IMG/VR virus record: IMGVR_UViG_3300020426_000002
Coordinates: 1-35,879 of that record
Strand: one strand, 5' to 3'
From: a virus
Length of the DNA stretch: 35,879 nucleotides
The position numbers and the translations under genes are program-made. The notes below the pieces were generated by a model. That model made no database searches. It saw nothing but the letters and a program-made list of their open reading frames with translations, and was not told where the DNA came from. Positions 15,532 to 23,033 of this stretch are shown one piece after another; position 1 is the stretch's first letter; every line of letters begins with the position of its first letter.

Positions 15532-15726
15532 ATGACAGATTTAAGTAAAGAATATCCAGAACCAATTTGCCAAGATTGTGGTAAATATTGCGAAATAGGC
15601 GAAGAAATAAATACAGGCGGAGGTAATGAAGAAGGATGGAGCTATATAGAATTGTGGTGTTATTGCCCTGATTGTGATAGAGAAACAAACCATCCTATTC
15701 CTGCTGGTAAAAATTATCCCGAATAG
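15532..15726 (+). CDS. Small zinc-ribbon protein
   Basis: CQDCGKYC ... CYCPDCD; 64 aa. Confidence 0.5.
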   Translation: MTDLSKEYPEPICQDCGKYCEIGEEINTGGGNEEGWSYIELWCYCPDCDRETNHPIPAGKNYPE

Positions 15727-15805
15727 CCTTATTGTTGTTATATGGTGTTATCTACCATAGCACCGGAAAGCGAAGGCAAATTGCGCAGCAAAACAAACAG
15801 AGATT

Positions 15806-16033
15806 ATGGCGATTTCAAAAAAACAGGCAAAAATATTAGCATTAAGGTGGCAGTTAGAGAACCTTATTAATCTTCCCGATTTAGAAACTAAAGATTTTAG
15901 TCCTTATGAGTGCGAAAAGATATTTAGAGCTATGGAAGAATTAAAGATTTCTTTAGAAAATCGCCTAATAAAACTAGGAGATAATCCGTCCTTAATGCCT
16001 TGGAATTACAATTATTTAGAAAGGCAAAAATAA
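15806..16033 (+). CDS. Hypothetical protein
   Basis: 75 aa. Confidence 0.5.
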   Translation: MAISKKQAKILALRWQLENLINLPDLETKDFSPYECEKIFRAMEELKISLENRLIKLGDNPSLMPWNYNYLERQK

Positions 16034-16186
16034 AAAATTGTAAACTTTCAGGATAAGATCTTGGAAATACATAAAAAGATAAAAATTACAAAAAAAGCAC
16101 AAATGTTGCAATCTTAATAGGTACTACTCCTATACTTTTACCAAGAATAATAACATTCATAGTTTTAATTTTTTGGTTGGTTAGGT

Positions 16187-17395
16187 ATGGGAAACGTATT
16201 TACAGCTGCAATGTCAGATTTATTTACGGCTAAGAGGTCAGCATCAGATGGTGGTTGGCTGCCCTCTTTTTTCCCTTCACTTACAGAAGCCGGTAAAAAA
16301 GTAAACCAACACTCTTCTTTAAAAATATCCGCGTTTTATTGTGCAGTAAACACCTTAGCTAATTCCCTGGCAATCCTGCCTACCTCTGTTTACCAGAAAA
16401 AAGACAATAAACGCGAACCTGTTACCAGTCACCCAGCACACTATTTATTATATCGCGAGCCAAACCAATATATGACGGCCTTTATGTTCCGTTTTGTAAT
16501 GGCTGTTTCATTATTAATGCGTGGTAATGCCTATGCGATTATCGTTCGTAATAATGGCGGGGCTATCGTTGCGATGCAATATGTAGATCCAGATAAAGTA
16601 ACCGTACTTAAAAATAAAGATAAACTTTTCTACAGGATCGACGGCAAAACCTATAATGCAGATGAAATTTATCATGTAGTAGGCTTCAGCTTTAATGGCA
16701 TTACCGGAAAATCAATTTTGCAATTTGCCGCAGATAATTTAGGTGTTACGCTTACTACGCAACAATTTGCCAGTGATTCTTTAAGTGATCGCGGTATTGG
16801 TTATGGAGTTATTGAAACAGATAATTCTTTAAAACCTGAGATCAAAAATAAGATTTCAGATGCTTTTGAAGGGCGTATGGCTTCTAAAGGAAAATTTAAG
16901 ACTCCTGTTTTAGATGAAGGCTTTAAATACAAGAAAATCACGCTTAAGCCAGAAGAAGCAAAATTTATCGAGCAATATGCTGCCGGTGTAGAAGATATCG
17001 CCCGTTGGTTTAATATTCCTGCACACAAATTAGCCATTAAAGGTGAAGGTGGTTACAACTTCCTGGTGCAAATGGAAATCGACTATCTGCAACGTGGTGT
17101 AATGCCATTGGCGGAAAGATTTAAACAAGAATTAGATCGTAAAACCTTTACAGAATTCGAGCGTAATAACGGGTATTACATTCATCAAAACTACAAAAAA
17201 CTACTTCAGGTAGATCCTAAATCCCGTGCGCAATTCTATAAAGATATGTATTACATGGGTGCAATCAGTGCTAACGAGATCAGGGAATTAGAGGATATGA
17301 ATCCACGTAAAAACGGCGACGAATATATGCAGCTTCAAAACCTGCTAAGTGAAGATCAACTTAAAAAAGAACTTCAGAATAATGGAAACGAATAA
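16187..17395 (+). CDS. Portal protein, HK97 family
   Basis: 402 aa. SSLKISAFYCAVNTLANSLAILPTSVYQK is the typical portal N-terminal signature. Followed by protease and capsid genes. Confidence 0.88.
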   Translation: MGNVFTAAMSDLFTAKRSASDGGWLPSFFPSLTEAGKKVNQHSSLKISAFYCAVNTLANSLAILPTSVYQKKDNKREPVTSHPAHYLLYREPNQYMTAFMFRFVMAVSLLMRGNAYAIIVRNNGGAIVAMQYVDPDKVTVLKNKDKLFYRIDGKTYNADEIYHVVGFSFNGITGKSILQFAADNLGVTLTTQQFASDSLSDRGIGYGVIETDNSLKPEIKNKISDAFEGRMASKGKFKTPVLDEGFKYKKITLKPEEAKFIEQYAAGVEDIARWFNIPAHKLAIKGEGGYNFLVQMEIDYLQRGVMPLAERFKQELDRKTFTEFERNNGYYIHQNYKKLLQVDPKSRAQFYKDMYYMGAISANEIRELEDMNPRKNGDEYMQLQNLLSEDQLKKELQNNGNE

Positions 17396-18062
17396 AGACT
17401 ATATCGAAAACATTGAAGGTGCAGAGCGCCGATATTTCTTTACGCCTGTAACGGTAGAAAAAAGAGCTGAAGAAAATGCGGAACAGGAACTTTATACTAT
17501 AGAAGGCTATGCCGCTGTATTCAATAAGCGTGCAGATCTATTTTGGTTTGAAGAAGAAATATTGCCAGGTGCTTTTGATGAAGTATTGAATGATGATGTT
17601 CGTTGTTTATTTAATCATAATCCAAATTATATTTTGGCGCGTTCTGTAGATGGTAAAGGAACGCTTACGCTTTCTGTAGACAGTAAAGGATTAAAATATT
17701 CATATGTAACTCCTAAACGTGGTTATGCTATAGATCTTCAGGATGCGATAGAAACAGGAGACGTTTCTCAATCGTCTTTTGCTTTTCGAGCAAGTGAAGT
17801 TATTTGGAAAGATGCGCAAAACGATGATGAAAAGGACCTTCGCCAGATAAAGAAAATCGCTCAGATTTATGATGTATCACCGGTAACTTATCCGGCATAT
17901 CACGATGCAGAAGTAGGAAAAAGAAGCTACGATCAGCATAAAGAGCAAAGAAAAAAAGATGAAAATAAATCAGGTGATAATACATCTGATAAAGAAAAAA
18001 GAGCGTCAAGTCTTGATGTTTTTGAGGCTCAATATTTGTATAATCAAAACTCTAAGAGGTAA
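17382..18062 (+). CDS. Prohead maturation protease, HK97 family (S78/U35-like)
   Basis: The ATG at 17382 overlaps the portal end (the track start at 17349 is a GTG). Motifs are IEGYAAVFNKRADLFWFEEEILPGAFDEVL ... LFNHNPNYILAR. Confidence 0.85.
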   Translation: METNKDYIENIEGAERRYFFTPVTVEKRAEENAEQELYTIEGYAAVFNKRADLFWFEEEILPGAFDEVLNDDVRCLFNHNPNYILARSVDGKGTLTLSVDSKGLKYSYVTPKRGYAIDLQDAIETGDVSQSSFAFRASEVIWKDAQNDDEKDLRQIKKIAQIYDVSPVTYPAYHDAEVGKRSYDQHKEQRKKDENKSGDNTSDKEKRASSLDVFEAQYLYNQNSKR

Positions 18063-19453
18063 TGAAAAACAGAAACAAACCGTTTATTTTGCTTTTTGCT
18101 GCGACAGGAAACAAATTAGCGGAACTTAGACAAAAGAGAGCCGAAAAACTTAAGGCTCAAAAATCCCTTATCGATAAGCGTTCCGCTTCAGATGAAAAAC
18201 AGTTTACTGAAGAACAGTCGAAAGAATTTAGAGATCTAAATACCGAGATTTCAAATTTAGATAGTCAGATTGAAGAAGAAGAAGCTGTAGTTGAATCTGA
18301 AAAAAGAAATGCGGCTCTAAACGGTAAACCTGTAGATGGTCAAGAAGAAGATATTGATACTGATAAGCGTGGAGGGAAAGGCCCTAAAGGCGAAGAAGCT
18401 GAAAGAAGATCTATACTAAAACAATTCTCAATAAAAAGAGCAATTGAAATGCAGTTAGATCACCGTTCCTTAGATGGTGCTGAAAAGGAAACCGACGATA
18501 TTGCTAAAGAAGAATTAAGATCACAGGGATTAGCAGTACCAGGTAAAGGTTTTAATGTTCCTTCAGATCTTGCTTTTCGTGCAGATTCTCACACGGTAAC
18601 ACAAGATGGTGGTGATTATGGTGGTAATTTGGTAAGAGAAATGCAGGGCGAATTGTTGCCAACTTTTGTGGATCGTTTGTCTATAGAAGATCTTGGTGTA
18701 ACTATTAAACGTGGTCTTACTGGGGATTATCCGTTAAACCGTGGGTCTGAATTCGAATTTCAGAATTTAGGGGAAACCGATAAGGTGTCGCCTCAAAAAG
18801 CGAAATATGATAAGCGTGTGCTAAAGCCTAAGCGTACGGCTTTAAATACGGCTATTTCTTACCAGTTGTTAGCACAATCAGCCTTTAACGTTCAGCAGGA
18901 TATTAATCAGCGAATTGATACTGCGCTAGATAAGCGTTTAATGTTAGATATGCTTAATGGGTCTGGGGCTAACTTTGATCCGCTTGGACTGCTCAACGAT
19001 CCAGATATTGCATTCATCTTTAGTGGTGCTGAAGGACCTCTTACTTTGGATAAGATATTAGAAATGGAAGCCGCTGTAGATGATGAGAATGTACCAGGTG
19101 AAGCGATTTTTCTTATTCATAAGAAATTGGCTGCCATTGCAAAAGCAATTAGAGTAGATGCAGGATCTGGAATTATGCTTATGGATAAATCTAATGAGCT
19201 TTATGGTACTCAAACCAGAAAAACTTCATTGCTTCCAGTATTGTCTGGTACAGCAGATAACTACCCGTTAATTTACGGTGACTTTGCGAATGTATATGGC
19301 GGTTTTTGGGGAGGTCTAAACTTTACTTTCGATCCATATACTCAAGCAGATAGTAACGAAGTTAGAATGATCGTAAATGTTCATCGTGATATTATGGCTG
19401 CAAATCCAGAAGGTTTTGCAATCAATAAGAAGCTGACTTTATCGGCTTCATAA
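18062..19453 (+). CDS. Major capsid protein, HK97 fold, with an N-terminal coiled-coil delta/scaffold domain
   Basis: 463 aa directly after the protease (TAATG overlap). A charged coiled-coil N-terminus of about 120 aa precedes the capsid body. A strong terminator lies downstream. Confidence 0.85.
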   Translation: MKNRNKPFILLFAATGNKLAELRQKRAEKLKAQKSLIDKRSASDEKQFTEEQSKEFRDLNTEISNLDSQIEEEEAVVESEKRNAALNGKPVDGQEEDIDTDKRGGKGPKGEEAERRSILKQFSIKRAIEMQLDHRSLDGAEKETDDIAKEELRSQGLAVPGKGFNVPSDLAFRADSHTVTQDGGDYGGNLVREMQGELLPTFVDRLSIEDLGVTIKRGLTGDYPLNRGSEFEFQNLGETDKVSPQKAKYDKRVLKPKRTALNTAISYQLLAQSAFNVQQDINQRIDTALDKRLMLDMLNGSGANFDPLGLLNDPDIAFIFSGAEGPLTLDKILEMEAAVDDENVPGEAIFLIHKKLAAIAKAIRVDAGSGIMLMDKSNELYGTQTRKTSLLPVLSGTADNYPLIYGDFANVYGGFWGGLNFTFDPYTQADSNEVRMIVNVHRDIMAANPEGFAINKKLTLSAS

Positions 19454-19479
19454 AATTCCCTCCTCTTTTATAACTAAAA

Positions 19480-19512
19480 TTAGCCTTTGCAAATGGGTAA
19501 AGGCTAATTTTT
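19480..19512 (+). terminator. Intrinsic terminator after the capsid gene
   Basis: TTAGCCTTT (19480-19488) / AAAGGCTAA (19499-19507) with a 10-nt loop, followed by TTTTT. Confidence 0.75.
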
Positions 19513-19525
19513 AAAACGTAAAGTG

Positions 19526-19870
19526 ATGTCAAAAACAACAGAAAATAAAACTTCAAATGAAGTTAAAGATCAAAAAGTAGATACATCGAAAGAAGTAAAA
19601 CCTACAGAAAAGGAATCATCGGGAGAAACTAAAGACATTCAGTCTAAAACTTCTGTAAATCCGGAAGCCGATAAGCAAGAAACGAAACCTTCTGAAAAGA
19701 AGCCTGAAACAAAAAAATCTACTTCAAAATCTAATCAGAAAAAAGTAGAGATCCTTTGTTCTAATGCAGCGGGTAAATATAACCTTTCTTATAACAAAGG
19801 GGAAAAACCAAATTTAGATATAAAACAGGCAGATCTTATGATCGATGCTGGTGATGCAAAAGCAGTTTAA
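19526..19870 (+). CDS. Hypothetical protein with a K/E/T/S-rich low-complexity N-terminal half (possible head-associated protein)
   Basis: ATG at 19526 (a GTG lies at 19523). 114 aa, positioned between the capsid and connector genes. Confidence 0.55.
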   Translation: MSKTTENKTSNEVKDQKVDTSKEVKPTEKESSGETKDIQSKTSVNPEADKQETKPSEKKPETKKSTSKSNQKKVEILCSNAAGKYNLSYNKGEKPNLDIKQADLMIDAGDAKAV

Positions 19871-19890
19871 TTGCTCAAAACAATAATAAG

Positions 19891-20484
19891 ATGAAATCAA
19901 TTTTTAAAATATTCATTTTGGCAGTCGTATTAACGACTTCAGTAAACCTATCGGCTATGGAACTAAGTATCGACTATGGCAAACCTAAAGCAAATGCAGA
20001 AATCGTAGGATTCGAATACGCAAAACAAAATTCTGGTATCGATTTCGAAGAAGAAGATAACCTGCTTCGCGTAATGCTTTCAGGGGTAAATCGTGCAATC
20101 GAAAATTATATTGGCGCACCTATTCTAGAACGTGAAAAAGTAGTGATTCATACCAGGAACTTTCAAAATACAATCCCTTTTAAATTTCAGGTTAACGAGA
20201 TTACAAAGCTAAGTATTATCGATACCGAAAACGGAACTACGGAAATTAGCGAAGATGAATACGATTTCTTTATGAACCAGTTAAATATCGAAATTGATAA
20301 GCCTGATAATTTTAAAGCTTTAGAAATCGAATGTTCCGCAGGGTATACCAATGCAGATATGCCTGAAGATATTCAGAATGCAGCACTTTTAATGTTTTCC
20401 AAAAGGGAAACCTACAGGGAAGATACCAAATCGAATATGAATTCGGTTTCAAAAGATCTCTTGCGTTCCTATAAAATCTATTAG
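19891..20484 (+). CDS. Head-tail connector (gp6-like)
   Basis: EEEDNLLRVMLSGVNRAIENYIGAPILEREKVV matches the gp6-like connector signature. The start is ambiguous: ATG 19891 adds a hydrophobic 22-aa extension, and the alternative ATG is at 19957. Confidence 0.55.
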   Translation: MKSIFKIFILAVVLTTSVNLSAMELSIDYGKPKANAEIVGFEYAKQNSGIDFEEEDNLLRVMLSGVNRAIENYIGAPILEREKVVIHTRNFQNTIPFKFQVNEITKLSIIDTENGTTEISEDEYDFFMNQLNIEIDKPDNFKALEIECSAGYTNADMPEDIQNAALLMFSKRETYREDTKSNMNSVSKDLLRSYKIY

Positions 20485-20487
20485 AAA

Positions 20488-20832
20488 ATGGCTGAAGTAG
20501 TACACGCAGGCGACCTGGATAAATATGTAGAACGTTTTGGTAATGCTTATGCCGAATCTTCTACTGGCGAACGCGTGGAAACTGAAGTATCTAAAGGAAA
20601 AATAAAAGTAAAGCGTATCGATGGCAGCGGAAAGGAAGATGAAGAAGGGCGTTTAATTCCCTTAAAAGTTTGTCGCTTTATTTGTCGCTTTTCAATCGAG
20701 AGGTTGGAGAATATAAGGAAAGATTATTTAAGGGATATCGACGGTGATTACCATGTAATAGATGTCTCTATATACGGGCAGGGTCGCAATAGATTTTTAG
20801 AATTAAAAGCACGGCTACGTGGCGAAGATTGA
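20488..20832 (+). CDS. Head closure / head-tail adaptor protein (called by position)
   Basis: 114 aa. Synteny with HK97/SPP1-type head completion genes. Confidence 0.45.
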   Translation: MAEVVHAGDLDKYVERFGNAYAESSTGERVETEVSKGKIKVKRIDGSGKEDEEGRLIPLKVCRFICRFSIERLENIRKDYLRDIDGDYHVIDVSIYGQGRNRFLELKARLRGED

Positions 20833-21316
20833 TATTACAAAAGTAGAAGGTTTTGAAGAATTAAACCGAAAACTTAAAAAGCTCCCTGATAATATCAAGC
20901 GGCGTGAAGTTCTTAAAATCCAGAGAAGAGTAGCTAAGCCAATAATATCGAAATTTAGCGATGAATTACCTGAAGGGGAAACTGATAAAGTACGGTTTGG
21001 GAAACGATATCCCGCAGGAACTTTAGGGAAATCTGTAAAAGCCGATACGGTACCGGCAAGAAAATCAAAAGGTAATCCTGCAATAGCGATTCGCCCTGGT
21101 AAAAAAGGAAGGTTCGATGCTTTTTACCGATTTATGGTAGTTCCTAAAGGAACTAAACTAAGTGGTAACGGTCGCGGTAGTCGAAAAGGTAAAAATACAG
21201 TGGTCGAGAATGTTCGTGAAAAAGTAATTAATTCTTTAGGTGCGGAAGCAGTGAGAAGTTATGTGCAAGACACAAAAGACTATATCCAAAAACAAATTAA
21301 CAGGTTAAGCAAATGA
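20819..21316 (+). CDS. Tail-component protein, HK97 gp10-like (called by position)
   Basis: GTG start at 20819 with a 14-nt overlap. 165 aa and basic. Confidence 0.45.
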   Translation: MAKIDITKVEGFEELNRKLKKLPDNIKRREVLKIQRRVAKPIISKFSDELPEGETDKVRFGKRYPAGTLGKSVKADTVPARKSKGNPAIAIRPGKKGRFDAFYRFMVVPKGTKLSGNGRGSRKGKNTVVENVREKVINSLGAEAVRSYVQDTKDYIQKQINRLSK

Positions 21317-21660
21317 TTGATACAGCAGTAGAAATAAAATCAAAATTAAGTCATCCGGATATTAATTCTCTTTTTTCTGAACCTGTGTTTTGGGAACTGG
21401 CAGAAGAAAAAACAAAATATCCCTTCGGTACTTATTCATTTACCGACGGTCGACCATTAACCAAAGAAGGCTTAAGAGATACTGAAGTGAAGATTCGAAT
21501 CTTCGCTAATAACCTTACTGAAGCTTCTACGATTGCTAAAACCGTGCGTGATACGATAAGCGTAACAACCAACTGGAAAGACCGTGGCGGTCGATCTGGT
21601 TACACCAGTGACGAAGCAAAAGCAGCTTTCCTGGAATTAACATACGAGTTTAAATTTTAA
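21313..21660 (+). CDS. Tail completion protein (called by position)
   Basis: 115 aa, ATGA overlap, immediately upstream of the major tail protein. Confidence 0.4.
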   Translation: MIDTAVEIKSKLSHPDINSLFSEPVFWELAEEKTKYPFGTYSFTDGRPLTKEGLRDTEVKIRIFANNLTEASTIAKTVRDTISVTTNWKDRGGRSGYTSDEAKAAFLELTYEFKF

Positions 21661-21671
21661 AAATAAAGATC

Positions 21672-22100
21672 ATGGCAGGAGAAAAAGTAATGAGTGGTAA
21701 TGGCCGTTTTACCTTAGATGGTAAGACTATTTATCATGCTACAGAGTGTAGCTTATCGCTTTCCCGTGAAACCAAAGAGCGTTCTACAAAAGATACAGAC
21801 GGTAGAGAATTAGGAAAAGGGATTAAATCCTTCTCATTATCGACTTCAGCATTAGCGGTGTATGGTAGTGATGGTATGCAAACTCACGATTTTGGCGGTT
21901 TGTTTGATATGTATAACGATGATTCAGATACGCCTGTAACAGTAGAATTTGTGCCAGATGAAGCAGATGCGGCTTTTAAATTTACCGGGTCTGGGATTAT
22001 CACCAGCCTAGAAGGAAGCTTCACTAATGAAGAAGATGGTACATCTTCCTTAACCATCGAAGGTGGAGCAATGACGAAAGTGGCAATTCCAGAATCATAA
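21672..22100 (+). CDS. Major tail (tube) protein
   Basis: 142 aa, directly upstream of the G/GT chaperone pair and tape measure. The sequence is rich in beta-strand-forming residues. Confidence 0.65.
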   Translation: MAGEKVMSGNGRFTLDGKTIYHATECSLSLSRETKERSTKDTDGRELGKGIKSFSLSTSALAVYGSDGMQTHDFGGLFDMYNDDSDTPVTVEFVPDEADAAFKFTGSGIITSLEGSFTNEEDGTSSLTIEGGAMTKVAIPES

Positions 22101-22102
22101 TT

Positions 22103-22498
22103 ATGAAAAATCAATCAATCAAAATATCGGGCAGTGTTTACCCGTTAAAATTTGGCTATGGTGCTTTTCGACTTTTAGGGCGTAACTGGAATTGCCCTGG
22201 TATTGCTCAGGTATCAGAAAAAGTGCAACAAGCATTTCCGGAAGGTAGTAATAACGAGGTTTCTTTTGATCAAATAGATCTCATTGGTGATATTACTTAT
22301 GCAGGTATAAGTAATGCAGGTGTTAGCGACATTCCTGATCCAGAAGATATTATCCAAGCTATTGTTTTTGAAGATGCAAATCAGCTATCAATTGTAATGA
22401 ATGCGTTTTCAGAAAGTTTTCCAAAAGAGGGAAACGTGCAACCGCGCAGCAAAGCGCGGCAGAAAGCGACAAGCAGCAAGCCCAGGAAAAAGAATTAG
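22103..22498 (+). CDS. Tail assembly chaperone (G-like, frame-0 product)
   Basis: 131 aa between the tail tube and tape measure genes. Ends in a basic tail just after an AAAAAG run. Confidence 0.7.
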   Translation: MKNQSIKISGSVYPLKFGYGAFRLLGRNWNCPGIAQVSEKVQQAFPEGSNNEVSFDQIDLIGDITYAGISNAGVSDIPDPEDIIQAIVFEDANQLSIVMNAFSESFPKEGNVQPRSKARQKATSSKPRKKN

Positions 22499-22848
22499 AC
22501 TGGGATGGTCTGGAAGAATTAGCGCTGGGTGTTATAGGGCTTTCAGAAGATCAATTTTATAACACTACTCCGCGCACTTTTGCTAATATCGTTAAGGGGC
22601 GTTCTAGGGAATTAGAAAAAGAAGAGTTATTGTATAAAGAAGGTTTAGAGCGTCATCGGGAAATGATTATTACTATTCTTTCACCTCACATGGAAAAGAA
22701 AGATCGGAAAAAATCGATGTCTCAGCTTTATCCTTTACCCTGGGAACCGGAATATAAAAGATTGCAAAAACAAAAAACAAAACCAAAGCAATCACCACCT
22801 AAAACCAAAGAAGATCTTAATAAACTCTTTGGTGGTGAAATGAAGTAA
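22103..22848 (+). CDS. Tail assembly chaperone GT-like fusion made by a -1 programmed frameshift (join 22103..22492, 22492..22848)
   Basis: AAA-AAG sits in frame 0 at 22487-22492, 4 nt before the stop at TAG 22496. The -1 frame is open from 22372 and continues ELDWDGLEELALGVIGLSEDQFYNTTPRTF..., which is a typical T-segment sequence. Track ORF 22630-22848 lies in this same frame. Confidence 0.6.
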
Positions 22849-22851
22849 AAT

Positions 22852-22925
22852 CGCAACGTGGAGCAGTTGGTTAGCTCGCTTGGTTCCTTTCCAAGAGGTC
22901 ACAGGTTCGAATCCTGTCGTTGCTA
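22852..22925 (+). tRNA. Phage-encoded tRNA-Arg(CCU)-like gene with atypical features
   Basis: Cloverleaf: acceptor CGCAACG/CGTTGCT, D-arm GAGC-AGTTGGTTA-GCTC, anticodon arm CTTGG-TTCCTTT-CCAAG (CCT at 22886-22888), variable AGGTC, T-arm ACAGG-TTCGAAT-CCTGT, discriminator A. Atypical points are a C1:U72 mismatch and U at position 37. Confidence 0.7.
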
Positions 22926-23033
22926 CGAAATGCTTTAAATAAAATTAACGCTTAAAAACTATTTAGCTAAAGGGCAACATTTGGTACGATATCCATACGC
23001 TTTAACGCCGATCTGAATCAGTTTTCTACTGAA

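Noticed and set aside
19891-19956. A signal-peptide-like N-terminus (MKSIFKIFILAVVLTTSVNLSA) on the head-tail connector protein.
   Set aside because: A secreted connector makes no biological sense. An in-frame ATG at 19957 gives a conventional protein, so the hydrophobic extension is probably untranslated or fortuitous. The start remains ambiguous.
22442-22459. The GC hairpin CCGCGC-agcaaa-GCGCGG near the frameshift site, considered as a frameshift stimulator.
   Set aside because: It lies about 28 nt upstream of the slippery AAAAAG, whereas stimulatory structures normally lie 5-9 nt downstream. I saw no convincing downstream structure.
22630-22848. A 72-aa ORF listed as a separate gene downstream of the tail chaperone.
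   Set aside because: It is in the -1 frame of 22103-22498, and that frame is open from 22372. The sequence upstream of its Met already reads like a chaperone T-segment. It is better explained as the 3' part of the GT frameshift product.
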